Below are positions 10,452 to 22,259 of a DNA stretch of 64,000 nt, in pieces. The position numbers and the translations under genes were made by a program. Numbering within the stretch: position 1 is the stretch's first letter; each line of letters opens with the position of its first letter. The stretch comes from an uncultured delta proteobacterium (GTDB lineage: Bacteria; Desulfobacterota; Syntrophia; Syntrophales; UBA2185): the NCBI GenBank assembly GCA_963729715.1, contig CAVSPA010000012.1:12985-76984 (forward strand), read 5' to 3'. The notes below the pieces were generated by a model. That model saw only the letters and a list, made by a program, of their open reading frames with translations, did not search any database and was not told the origin of the DNA.

Positions 10452-10490
10452 TTGACATACGTAATTCCTTACATTACGATAATATCGTAA
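10452..10490 (+). promoter_or_regulatory. sigma70 promoter and palindromic operator of the TA operon
   Basis: TTGACA-N17-TACGAT; inverted repeat TTACGAT-aat-ATCGTAA overlapping the -10. Confidence 0.7.
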
Positions 10491-10518
10491 GGAAATACAT
10501 CATGAGGAGGGTGACGGT

Positions 10519-10752
10519 ATGCAATCGATTATTACGTCTAAGTATCAAACGACCATTCCAAAGGCCATTCGCGAAAATATTGGTCTTTCCGTTAAGGATG
10601 CCCTGGATTGGAAGGTGGAGAGAGGAAGAATCGTTGTTTCGCCAGTCAAGCAGAATTTCCTTAAATACCGAAACACAATTAAAACGGGTCCAGGAAACAT
10701 CGCCGGTGACATTGAGGTTGCACGGAATCTCCGTGTGGAGAAATATCGGTGA
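10519..10752 (+). CDS. AbrB/MazE-family antitoxin (VapB-like)
   Basis: ITSKYQTTIPKAIRE..L...D.L.W motif; GTGA overlap with the PIN gene. Confidence 0.85.
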   Translation: MQSIITSKYQTTIPKAIRENIGLSVKDALDWKVERGRIVVSPVKQNFLKYRNTIKTGPGNIAGDIEVARNLRVEKYR

Positions 10753-11159
10753 AGAAATATATCATAGATACCAATGCCTTGATTTCCTTTGTAACAGATC
10801 GGAATCCAGATCAACAGCAGAAGATTGCCCCTCTTTTTGAATCGGCAGCAAATCTGAAGGCGCTGATCCTATGCCATCAGTATGTCTTAACCGAATTCAT
10901 CTATGTAATGGACAGGGTCTACCACGTCCCGAAAAAGGAGATCAGGGGGATAATTACCGATTTAGTGGATATGCCTGGTATCGAGGTTATTCATGAAATC
11001 GATTTTACTGTGGTGTTGTCCTGCTGGCCCGATCCGATCCCTGATTTCGGCGATGCTGTCATTGCCTCGGTCAGTAAAATCAGAAAATCCGCAATCGTTA
11101 CATTTGACCGAAAATTTGCTAAAAACCTAAAATCACTCGGCATGAATTATTGGCTGTAA
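10749..11159 (+). CDS. PIN-domain toxin (VapC-like)
   Basis: IIDTNALI, E, DFGDA, IVTFD acidic PIN motifs. Confidence 0.88.
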   Translation: MKKYIIDTNALISFVTDRNPDQQQKIAPLFESAANLKALILCHQYVLTEFIYVMDRVYHVPKKEIRGIITDLVDMPGIEVIHEIDFTVVLSCWPDPIPDFGDAVIASVSKIRKSAIVTFDRKFAKNLKSLGMNYWL

Positions 11160-11679
11160 AATGTGCGCAATAGAGAGGAAAGCTCTACTGCTTAACTTTC
11201 GAAGCTTGCCGGTAAGCGACTTTCAGGGTGGAAGAAGATGATTCACCCAGGCCATATCATGAAAGAGAGGCTTTAGACTATCCGATTCATTCATATTTGC
11301 CTAAGGCGTGCTTCCTGAAACTCTCACACATCTGTTTTTCCTATTTATAATAGATTTCTTTTGCAAAGCGTGATAATCAAGTGCACGTCTCGTCTTAAAC
11401 AATAGCGATTATATTCCTGATCCATTCAACCTTACATGAGAACAATATGGGCTGATTTCAAAAACCTCTTTTCTCTATAACGAAGAGATCGGGGTTTTTT
11501 GTGGAGGTGAGTCTCGTGCCAAATGCATTGCTGGTTATTAGGGACAGCGACCCTTTTTTATTCGCGGTCAAGAATTAAATGGGCGCTGTTGTCCCTATTA
11601 TGTGCGGGGTGAGGACAAGCCGGTTCCGGCGGAGGCGTGAGTCAGGAGTGGAGTCAATGTCGATCAGCCACAAACCTTT

Positions 11680-11946
11680 ATGAACCCGACTTACACCGAA
11701 CGACAGGGCCAGTTCCTGGCCTACATCCATCAATACAGCATCGTGAACGGTTGCGCTCCGGCTGAAGCAGACATGCAGCGGTTTTTTCAGATCACGCCGC
11801 CGAGCGTGCATTCGATGGTGCTCACGCTGGAACGGCGGGGCTTCATTCAGCGCGTTCCTGGGCAGGCGCGCAGCATTACCCTGATCGTTTCGCCCGAATC
11901 ATTGCCCCCCTTGAAACGCGTTCAACCTGGACCATACAAACCATGA
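11680..11946 (+). CDS. Small LexA-N-like winged-helix DNA-binding protein
   Basis: TERQGQFLAYI...GCAP...SVHSMVLTLERRGFI.R.PGQARSI; no peptidase domain. Confidence 0.75.
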   Translation: MNPTYTERQGQFLAYIHQYSIVNGCAPAEADMQRFFQITPPSVHSMVLTLERRGFIQRVPGQARSITLIVSPESLPPLKRVQPGPYKP

Positions 11947-12506
11947 CAAACGCAACCAAAAAGCCTGGCGGCTGGAGCACCGTCCGCCAACACCTCACCG
12001 CCTGGGACAAGCCCGCGCTGCTCGCACTATTGAAAGACCTGTACGAAGCTGCCGGGGTGAACCGCGACTTTATCCATGCCCGCAGTAAGACCGGAGATGG
12101 CGATGGAGATGTCTTGGAAAAGTATCGGCGCAAGATCGTGGAGCAGTTCTTTCCCGCACGAGGCGATGGCAAGCTGAAGCTAGTAGAGGCGCGCAAGGCC
12201 ATCCGCGACTACCGCAAGGCCACGGGCAACCTCCCCGGCACGGTGGAACTGCTGATGACCTATGTGGAGAACGGTACGAGATTCACCGCCGAGTATGGGG
12301 ACATTGACGAGCGGTTCTACAGCAGCGTGGAGTCGGCGCTGGACGAACTGGCCACCCTGTTGCGCGGCAAGGCGCGGGGAATATATCCACAGTTCCGCGA
12401 CCGGTTGGCGAGAGTGGAGCAGATGTCCGATGGTATCGGCTGGGGATTTCACGATTTCGTCAGAGATGTCGTCGGGCAACTGGAGGAGGAACTCGGCGGT
12501 CGGTGA
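11943..12506 (+). CDS. Uncharacterised alpha-helical protein (possibly DUF6155-like)
   Basis: 187-aa ORF with ATGA overlap; family assignment is from memory only. Confidence 0.6.
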   Translation: MTNATKKPGGWSTVRQHLTAWDKPALLALLKDLYEAAGVNRDFIHARSKTGDGDGDVLEKYRRKIVEQFFPARGDGKLKLVEARKAIRDYRKATGNLPGTVELLMTYVENGTRFTAEYGDIDERFYSSVESALDELATLLRGKARGIYPQFRDRLARVEQMSDGIGWGFHDFVRDVVGQLEEELGGR

Positions 12507-12815
12507 CTGGCACTGCGGCAGGTTTACCGCTCCCCGTGCGAGACCACATAGAGCACGCAGGGGAAATTTTAAAACCTCATCTGGCTATTCCACGTCTTAA
12601 AAAGAAGGAGTACACTTATGTAGTGCGTTAATTAATTTTCGGGGGAAAGCTGCCGCACAAACGCTTTCCCCCAAGATCTCGCTTTCAATAAAGAACGGCC
12701 TAAATCTTGGTCAAATAGGATTCATTGATAAGTGTTAGCGGTAATCAAGACAAGACTTAATTGGGAACTGACTGTCAAGTTAAGTACAGGTTAGAACAAA
12801 TAATACAGGTCAATC

Positions 12816-12890
12816 ATTTATGTTGTGCGATTGTAAAATCTAATGTATAGCCGAAATGCATTTTGTCAGTGACGAACTCTTTTGGCATTT
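12816..12890 (+). repeat. 75-bp direct repeat, copy 2 (ssb upstream region)
   Basis: 70/75 identical to 10040-10114; ends 28 bp before the ssb ATG. Confidence 0.9.
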
Positions 12891-12918
12891 CACAAGAAAG
12901 AGGAAGGAGGGGGGAATA

Positions 12919-13332
12919 ATGGTTAACAAGGCATTATTAATAGGCAGGTTGGGAGCGGATCCTGAGGTAAGATACACACCTGATGGTACTATGGTGGTCA
13001 ATTTTCGTTTGGCAACAGATCTTCAGTGGAAAGACAAGAACGGAGAAAAAATTCAGAGAACGGAATGGCACAGGATAGTAACCTATGGCAAGTTGGCCGA
13101 AATCTGCAGCAATTATCTTTCCAAGGGGAAATTGGTATTTGTTGAAGGCCGAATTCAGACGCGTTCCTGGGAAGATAAAGACGGGGTAAAACGATCCACT
13201 ACGGAGATTGTTGCGTCAAACATGCAAATGCTGGATTCAAAAGGGCAGATGCGGAGCCAGGATGCCGCCGTTGATGATCAGACGCTCGGTTCAGCAGGCT
13301 CCGAATCAGCGCCAGACGATGTTCCTTTCTGA
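12919..13332 (+). CDS. ssb: Single-stranded DNA-binding protein
   Basis: [40 protein letters not shown]-terminal DDVPF; AGGAGG RBS. Confidence 0.97.
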   Translation: MVNKALLIGRLGADPEVRYTPDGTMVVNFRLATDLQWKDKNGEKIQRTEWHRIVTYGKLAEICSNYLSKGKLVFVEGRIQTRSWEDKDGVKRSTTEIVASNMQMLDSKGQMRSQDAAVDDQTLGSAGSESAPDDVPF

Positions 13333-13359
13333 GTTATACCTATTATAATATTGTAAATG

Positions 13360-13398
13360 AAAAAGATGTAAGCAACTAAGCTTGCATCTTTTTTTTTT
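13360..13398 (+). terminator. Intrinsic terminator of ssb (intron target)
   Basis: Stem AAAAAGATGTAAGC / GCTTGCATCTTTTT plus a 10-T run. Confidence 0.85.
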
Positions 13399-13399
13399 G

Positions 13400-15297
<1,898 letters not shown>

Positions 15298-15325
15298 GAC
15301 AGAATAAATTATTGAAGTAATTTGC

Positions 15326-15416
15326 ATTATATATAGTGCATATAATGGTAATATTGCTTATTATGTACTAAATATAATTCATTGTAGTTGACATATATTA
15401 AACTATCTGTTATATA
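15326..15416 (+). promoter_or_regulatory. hipBA promoter with inverted-repeat operator
   Basis: Arms 15326-15342 and 15362-15378 (15/17 match); TTGACA at 15388. Confidence 0.55.
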
Positions 15417-15449
15417 TTCCCCCAAGCATAGCTTTTTATGAGGTGAATC

Positions 15450-15776
15450 ATGGATTTCGGGAATGTGAGCGATAAGGCTATCCTGTCTGAAATCGGCGTG
15501 CGTGTTAGCCGCCAAAGGCTGAACCGTAATATCACACAGGTGGATCTTGCGAGGAGGGCGGGTGTCGCGCGCATTGTCGTCCAGCGCCTGGAAGGTGGAC
15601 GCGGGTGTACCCTAGAAAACTTTGTTCGCGTTTTGCGGACGCTTGGGCTTTTGGATCAACTAGATGCTTTCCTGCCGGAAACAGGGTTGAGCCCTTTGCA
15701 GCTTGCTAAGTCCAGGGGGCGACAACGTCTGCGAGCCTTCGGCAAGCGGCAAGACCTAAAGCATGAGGAAGGATAG
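15450..15776 (+). CDS. HipB-like Xre HTH antitoxin
   Basis: RLNRNITQVDLARRAGV...RLEGG; directly upstream of hipA. Confidence 0.85.
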   Translation: MDFGNVSDKAILSEIGVRVSRQRLNRNITQVDLARRAGVARIVVQRLEGGRGCTLENFVRVLRTLGLLDQLDAFLPETGLSPLQLAKSRGRQRLRAFGKRQDLKHEEG

Positions 15777-15778
15777 CC

Positions 15779-17080
15779 ATGGCTGAACGCACACGAAGCG
15801 TCAAGGTAGCGACAGTTACCCTATGGGGGCGCAAAGTGGGTGCCGTTGCGTGGGATAACGACCGGGGCTATGGTAGCTTTGAATATGAGCCCAGCTTTGT
15901 TAACGGAGGGTTAGAAATCGCGCCCTTGACTATGCCTCTCCGGAGTGGCGTGTTTTCGTTCCCGACGCTGAATCGCGATACCTTCCGCGGGCTACCGGGT
16001 TTGCTGGCCGATTCTCTGCCGGACACATTTGGTAATAGCATAATTGATATCTGGTTAGCCCGACAAGGGCGCAGCCCGAAAGAATTTACACCGGTAGAGA
16101 GGCTGTGTTACATGGGTGTTCGAGGTATGGGTGCGTTAGAGTTCAAGCCGGCGATCGGACGTCACGCGCGCACATCAGAGCCGATCGAGGTATCCGAACT
16201 CACGCAACTGGCGGCCGATATTCTGCGGCACCGAGCGGACTGGGCCGTAAATCTTAGAGGGACAAGAACACACGCCCTGGATACAATCATCCGCGTTGGT
16301 ACGTCTGCCGGTGGGAAGCGTGCCAAAGCGGTAATTGCATGGGATCCCGAGACGCACGAGGTCCGCTCTGGACAGGTTCCGCCGCCGCCAGGCTTTGAAC
16401 CGTGGATTCTCAAGTTCGATGGAGCCAATGAGGCTTCCCTAGGAGATCCTCAAGGATTTGGGCGGGTCGAATATGCTTACCACCTGATGGCGGTGGCAAC
16501 CGGCATCACGATGACAGCGTGTCGTCTTCTGGAAGAGAACGGGCGGGCACATTTTATGACCCGTCGGTTTGATCGTACCGATGAAGGCGAAAAAATACAT
16601 ATGCAATCTTTATGCGCTCTTGCCCATTACGATTTTAATGCGGCAGGGCAATACGGCTACGAACAAGCGATGTTAGTCATCCAGCAGTTGAATCTGGGAT
16701 ACCCGACCATGCAAGAAATGTTCAGGCGTATGGCATTTAATGTTGTGGCTAGGAATCAGGATGATCATACACGGAATATTTCATTTCTGATGGACCAAAA
16801 TGGTGTATGGCATCTTTCGGCGGCTTTTGACGTTGTATGGGCCTTTAATCCCGCCGGTAATTGGACAAACCGTCATCAAATGAGTATTAGCGGGAAGAGG
16901 GATGACTTTACAAGGCAGGATATCCTTGCCGTGGCAAAACAATATGGAATCAGAGGGGCTCAGGAAATTCTGTCTCAGGTTATTGATACGGTTGCGCACT
17001 GGCCAATGTTTGCGGATGAAGCAAAAATACCGAAGAAGCTCATGAAGAAAATCTCACCGACACACCGTCTTAGATTATAG
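15779..17080 (+). CDS. hipA: HipA-family kinase toxin
   Basis: LADSLPD.FG, RGMGALEF, GTSAGG.R.K, ILKFD, NQDDH.N. Confidence 0.9.
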   Translation: MAERTRSVKVATVTLWGRKVGAVAWDNDRGYGSFEYEPSFVNGGLEIAPLTMPLRSGVFSFPTLNRDTFRGLPGLLADSLPDTFGNSIIDIWLARQGRSPKEFTPVERLCYMGVRGMGALEFKPAIGRHARTSEPIEVSELTQLAADILRHRADWAVNLRGTRTHALDTIIRVGTSAGGKRAKAVIAWDPETHEVRSGQVPPPPGFEPWILKFDGANEASLGDPQGFGRVEYAYHLMAVATGITMTACRLLEENGRAHFMTRRFDRTDEGEKIHMQSLCALAHYDFNAAGQYGYEQAMLVIQQLNLGYPTMQEMFRRMAFNVVARNQDDHTRNISFLMDQNGVWHLSAAFDVVWAFNPAGNWTNRHQMSISGKRDDFTRQDILAVAKQYGIRGAQEILSQVIDTVAHWPMFADEAKIPKKLMKKISPTHRLRL

Positions 17081-17368
17081 TGTCTTTAAAAAAATCGGTG
17101 TGTTGGCTGTTGATAACCTGACTATTAAGATACCATAAATCATGTCCGTAAACTTTGCATTTCACCAAATGTAGCAGCACAAGAGTAGTGGATGCTATAA
17201 CATTGCGAGCATCCCTAAAATGTAAAGATAATTTTGTAATTTCTTATGTTATATTTACATAAACTCAATATTTATGGGCAGTATATGCGAATTAATCCAT
17301 TTGCAGAAAGTGGTTATGAAAATGTTTACATTCCTATGGTAACCTTAACCTTTCTAACCTGCTCTGTT

Positions 17369-17557
17369 CTATTTCTTTTCGTCGATTTTCTTAGTGCCCT
17401 GCGCCTTGTCGTCCTCGTCTGATTCGCGGACGGATTTCTTAAAGTTCTTTATACTTTTTCCAATCGCGCCGCCGATTTCCGGAAGTTTGCCGGCGCCGAA
17501 GACGATGAGAACAATGATGAGAATTACAATTAACTCAGGCACGCCTATTCCAAACAT
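17369..17557 (-). CDS. tatA: Twin-arginine translocase TatA/TatE
   Basis: [13 protein letters not shown]...[10 protein letters not shown]. Confidence 0.95.
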   Translation of the reverse strand: MFGIGVPELIVILIIVLIVFGAGKLPEIGGAIGKSIKNFKKSVRESDEDDKAQGTKKIDEKK

Positions 17558-17628
17558 ATTTACGTGACCTCATTTGATGATGATTATCAATTCTAAAGCA
17601 CCAGGACGCCGTTCTCAAACCTATAATA

Positions 17629-18549
17629 TTAGGGGAGCGTTAAGTGCACAACTTGGCCTTCTTTACCCAGATTGCCGAGAGATTTTCCTTGAAATGTAAT
17701 GTCGATACCGCCTGCGTTGCCGACAACAACAGTAAAGCGCGACGCTTCTCTCTCTACTTTTTCACCGGGTTGCAGCAAAATTTCATACGGTTGATTATTA
17801 TCTGCAGTGATTTTTAGCCATGTCATTTCTCTGGCTTCCATGGTTATCTTATGTGTTTCGGCCGTGTCGCCTGGGTTTTCACTGATTTCCTCAGAAGGTG
17901 TTACCTGTTTTACCTTCTCCTTCTCTTGAGTTTCGCGGGGGGCTGGTTGCGCCTGCGACAGAGGAGCGATTGGTTGGGCATCTGCTTCTTGAGGTTTTGC
18001 AGCAGCGTTTGTCTGAACCTGAGCTTCACTCTTGGGGACTTTTCCAATATCATCGGTTGTTTTTAAACCGGTTGATTTGTATTCCTGTTCGGGAATTTGA
18101 TTTTTCACGACGTCGATTGCTGTTTCATATGGAGATAACGAGAAAGTGACAAAACCAACGATAATAATAATCAATACTGCCCACAGGAAAGCCTTGTAGA
18201 ACAGCCTTGCAGACTTAGGGATTTCTTTGATTTTTACATCCCGGTGAGTCGGATTGAGTGTTTCCAAGTATTTATCATAACGACTGAGAATTACATTGCT
18301 GTCGATGCCAACAGTCTTTGCATATGTTTTTATGAAGGACCTCGTAAAAACGGGCGGCGGCAGCAGATGAAATTCTCCATTTTCAATGGCTGCAAGAGTG
18401 GCTACACTGATCCGGGTACGTTCGAAAATGTCCCTTAATGTGAGCCCTTTGGATTCCCTGATGGATTTGGGATCGTATTCTGCAATACCGAAGCCTTGGT
18501 AGGGTTTTGGCGAAGACCCCGTGTGTTTTATCGTATCAACCATGTTCAA
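17629..18549 (-). CDS. RodZ-like protein (HTH, TM, DUF4115)
   Basis: RESKGLTL...AIENGEFHLLP...YAKTVG; TM; TWLKITAD, VGNAGGI. Confidence 0.85.
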   Translation of the reverse strand: MNMVDTIKHTGSSPKPYQGFGIAEYDPKSIRESKGLTLRDIFERTRISVATLAAIENGEFHLLPPPVFTRSFIKTYAKTVGIDSNVILSRYDKYLETLNPTHRDVKIKEIPKSARLFYKAFLWAVLIIIIVGFVTFSLSPYETAIDVVKNQIPEQEYKSTGLKTTDDIGKVPKSEAQVQTNAAAKPQEADAQPIAPLSQAQPAPRETQEKEKVKQVTPSEEISENPGDTAETHKITMEAREMTWLKITADNNQPYEILLQPGEKVEREASRFTVVVGNAGGIDITFQGKSLGNLGKEGQVVHLTLP

Positions 18550-18912
18550 TATCCCGGTTAGATGTCATATCAAGAAGAATAACGGCTTGCAAAACCTAGC
18601 CCTAAGTAAATCACATTGAACGCGTAATTACCACCAATTTCGGAGTCACGCAATAGAAAGATGCAGCTTTCAAAAAATCGGAAAGCTTGGTATACGTCAC
18701 CATATTTTTATATTTAGAATCTTACGGTATGCTTGTAATGGTTATGCCGGATGGAGCCAGGGCTGATTAAAATCTATCGGCCAAGCACGAAGTCTGAAAC
18801 TAATGCGAACACAGAAAGCTAGCTTTTACCAGGACAAAAAAGTTCAGAATTTTGACGTGCGAATTTGAGTAGTGCAGAATTGAAGATATCTCTCGATAGG
18901 AATTATTAGTTT

Positions 18913-19704
18913 ATGGATGAGAGTACTAATTTTATAATAGCGGTAGCAAGAGAAGCAGGAATATTCTTGAAGGGCAGGCTCAATGAGAAACATGCAATAA
19001 ACTATAAAGGGGAAATAAACATTGTCACCCAAGAGGATCGGCTTTCTGAAGGGATGATTATTTCCAGGATTCGCGAGAGATATCCCAATCATGACATCCT
19101 TGCTGAAGAGTCGGCACAAACGGCGCGAGCTTCGGAATACCGATGGATAATCGATCCCCTGGATGGAACGACGAATTACGCTCACGGGTATCCGGTTTTC
19201 TGCGTATCCATTGCTTTTGAAAGAGCTGATGAAATCCATGCAGGTGTTATTTACAATCCCATGTTGGACGAAATGTTTGTGTCGGAAAAAGGGAAGGGTG
19301 CTTTCCTGAATGGTCGGAAAATCACAGTATCAAATACGGCCGATCTTTCCCGGAGTCTACTGGCTACCGGTTTTCCTTATGACATAAGATCTGACAGAAA
19401 CAATAACATCAATTATTTTAACGGTATGGCGAAAAGTGCCCAGGCTATTCGCAGGGCCGGCTCCGCCGCTCTCGATATGGCCTATATTGCGGCAGGCCGT
19501 TTTGATGGATTTTGGGAACTGAAGCTCATGCCGTGGGATACTGCTGCCGGGTGGCTTATGATCAGTGAATCGGGAGGTATTGTTACGGATCTCTTCGGCA
19601 GTGCATTTCATCTTGAGGCTCCGCATATCCTGGCCACAAATGGAAAGATACACCGAGACATGGTTGAGCTGCTTAAAAAGATTGATGGGGAGACCGTCTC
19701 CTGA
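18913..19704 (+). CDS. suhB: Inositol monophosphatase family protein
   Basis: WIIDPLDGTTNY, RRAGSAALD, PWDTAAG. Confidence 0.9.
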   Translation: MDESTNFIIAVAREAGIFLKGRLNEKHAINYKGEINIVTQEDRLSEGMIISRIRERYPNHDILAEESAQTARASEYRWIIDPLDGTTNYAHGYPVFCVSIAFERADEIHAGVIYNPMLDEMFVSEKGKGAFLNGRKITVSNTADLSRSLLATGFPYDIRSDRNNNINYFNGMAKSAQAIRRAGSAALDMAYIAAGRFDGFWELKLMPWDTAAGWLMISESGGIVTDLFGSAFHLEAPHILATNGKIHRDMVELLKKIDGETVS

Positions 19705-19886
19705 CTTAGCCCTCTCAGAGATTCACTTGCCTCAATTGCGATGAACAAACGATTCCCGTGCCTGTAAATTGCGGCAGGAGCAAACCTCAACCGGCAGCTG
19801 ACAATGTGAACATCTATTTTACTTTCATAAAACGAATGGCCAATGTATTATTTTTACAAACGCTGTAACGGGCCAAATTTTCTCTC

Positions 19887-21464
19887 ATGATTCTTATATA
19901 TCCACCGGTTGTTAAACCCTGTGAACCGCCAGCGGGACTGGCGAAGCTCGCAGGTGTCATGCATGACCATGACATCCGCTGCAAAGTAATTGATGCTAAT
20001 TTGGAGGGTATCTCGAGCCTCCTTTCTGCATGCGAAATAGGGAGAGATTCCCCCCAAACGCTAACGACTGAGAGTAACAGAGGTACGATTCCTAAAAATT
20101 CATTGAATACTTGGACGAACCGTTCATTTCATAACCTGGGAAGCAATATTGCCGCTTTAAGCTCTTGGGAGACCTATAAGAATGTTGATCGTTATAAACG
20201 GGCGGTAGCAGACATCAACAGGGTTCTCGAGGTAGCGGCATCGGAGAGCGGTGTGCATCTGAGTCTCGCTAATTACCTTGATCGGAATCTCTCTCCGGTC
20301 AGAAGTGCGGATTTGATAAGAGCTTCTGAAACACCCGAACGCAATCCCTTCTATGGATATTTCAAGAAGCGTCTTGGAACGGCGCTGGAGCAGGAATGCC
20401 CTGCCATTGTGGGATTTTCACTAAACTATCTCAGCCAGGCGCTGTGCACCTTTGCCATGATCGGCTTCTTGAAACGGGAATACCCCGGCATCAGGGTCGT
20501 CTTGGGCGGCGGGCTGGTCACATCGTGGATGCGGCGGGATGGATGGTCGAATCCATTTGGCGGCCTCGTTGACGATCTGGTGGCAGGGCCGGGAGAGGCC
20601 GCGCTTCTTTCAATTCACTGTACTGCCTCTCGGCAGGCGCATCATGCTCCCGATTATGATGTATCATCCATGAACAACTATCTGGCTCCGGGTTCGGTCT
20701 TGCCTTACAGTGCATCGAGTGGCTGCTACTGGAGCCGTTGTTCCTTCTGTCCCGAAAGGGCGGAGGGAAGTCCGTATGCACCCGTACCCGTGGACCGGGT
20801 ACTCGAGGATATCAGCAACCTTGCCGAAAAAACAAAACCCGCTCTCGTCCATCTCCTGGACAATGCCATTAGTCCGGCACTACTGACGGGTATGGCGGCA
20901 TCATCATTCAGCATTCCATGGTATGGATTTGTGAGAATATCCTCGCAGCTGACGGACCTTGATTTCTGCCGGGCGCTGAAACGATCCGGTTGCGTCATGC
21001 TGCAGGTCGGACTGGAATCGGGGGACCAGGATGTTCTGGACAGTATGCAAAAGGGATTTGATCTCGCGACAGCTTCCGCTGCCTTGAAGACGGTGAAGAA
21101 GGCCGGTATCGCAGCCTACGTCTACCTGATTTTTGGAACTCCGTGGGAAACAGTTGCTGAGGCGCGTAAAACCCTCGATTTTGCAGTCGGGCACAGTAGA
21201 GAGATCGATTTTCTCAACCTTGCAATTTTCAACCTCCCGGCCAATAGTCCGGAGGTTCGGGAACTCAGGGTCAGTGATTTTTATGAAGGTGACCTGTCGC
21301 TTTACCGGAGTTTTTTTCATCCGAGAGGGTGGAAAAGAAGTCTTGTGAGGCAATTCCTTGACAGGGAATTTAAGAAACATCCTTCCATTGCTTCCATATT
21401 GAGGAAATCGCCCCCCGTATTTACGTCCAATCATGCCCCCTTTTTTATCATGAAGGCTCGCTAA
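19887..21464 (+). CDS. B12-binding-type radical SAM protein
   Basis: CYWSRCSFC, VVLGGG, GLESG. Confidence 0.8.
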   Translation: MILIYPPVVKPCEPPAGLAKLAGVMHDHDIRCKVIDANLEGISSLLSACEIGRDSPQTLTTESNRGTIPKNSLNTWTNRSFHNLGSNIAALSSWETYKNVDRYKRAVADINRVLEVAASESGVHLSLANYLDRNLSPVRSADLIRASETPERNPFYGYFKKRLGTALEQECPAIVGFSLNYLSQALCTFAMIGFLKREYPGIRVVLGGGLVTSWMRRDGWSNPFGGLVDDLVAGPGEAALLSIHCTASRQAHHAPDYDVSSMNNYLAPGSVLPYSASSGCYWSRCSFCPERAEGSPYAPVPVDRVLEDISNLAEKTKPALVHLLDNAISPALLTGMAASSFSIPWYGFVRISSQLTDLDFCRALKRSGCVMLQVGLESGDQDVLDSMQKGFDLATASAALKTVKKAGIAAYVYLIFGTPWETVAEARKTLDFAVGHSREIDFLNLAIFNLPANSPEVRELRVSDFYEGDLSLYRSFFHPRGWKRSLVRQFLDREFKKHPSIASILRKSPPVFTSNHAPFFIMKAR

Positions 21465-21661
21465 ATATTTGTTCTATGAACACCTTTGTCTTCGCCTTAG
21501 GGCTCAAAATATTATATTGATTTATCTGGAGCTGTTCATTAAGATTACGGGCAATTAGTTGGAATTAAAGGCACAAAAATTGCAATGTTTTTATGGGATA
21601 GGAAAAGATAGGCAGTGAAAAATGGGCAGTTCATGATTCGTTTTCCTCAAGGGAAAAGGTA

Positions 21662-22207
21662 ATGGAAAAAATTTCTATTGTTAGAAGGCGAAGAAACGGG
21701 GTTTTTGAGCCCCGAGGGCAGCAGCAACCTGAAATAGGTTCACAATTGCTTCACGGGCAGGAATTGATCGAGATTCCGTCCAGCGTGTTGAATGAAAGTC
21801 CGAGGTGCCTGAGGGAAGTGTCGCACGGTTTGGAAGAACCGGACAAGGATATTAATGACGCGATTTCTGTTAATCTGACTCCCGAACAGTATGATCTCGT
21901 TAAGTCAAACCGTTATGTAAAATATTTCCTGAACGGAGACTCAACAGGCGTATCTTTGGATATACAAAAACACACAGAAGGGCAGATTATTTTCAATTTC
22001 CAATTCAAGAAAGTAGATATTGTGAGAATGCTCAAGGCGAAACATGTCTGTCAGATGCTGCAGATCAGCAACAGCCTGCTCATGAACCTGGTCAAGTCAA
22101 AGAAGATCAGAAGCTTCAGGGTTGGCAGGCTCAGACGCTTCTTATTGCAAGACGTTCTTGATTATCTCTCAAGGAGTGAAGAGCTTACTGAAAGCTCTGA
22201 ATTATAG
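21662..22207 (+). CDS. Protein with C-terminal excisionase-type HTH (HTH_17-like)
   Basis: MLKAKHVCQMLQIS...VKSKKIRSFRVGRLRRF. Confidence 0.7.
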   Translation: MEKISIVRRRRNGVFEPRGQQQPEIGSQLLHGQELIEIPSSVLNESPRCLREVSHGLEEPDKDINDAISVNLTPEQYDLVKSNRYVKYFLNGDSTGVSLDIQKHTEGQIIFNFQFKKVDIVRMLKAKHVCQMLQISNSLLMNLVKSKKIRSFRVGRLRRFLLQDVLDYLSRSEELTESSEL

Positions 22208-22259
22208 AACTTTAATAGTTTCAAGTGTCTCATTCAGCCAGCAAGGAGGTTATGAATCT

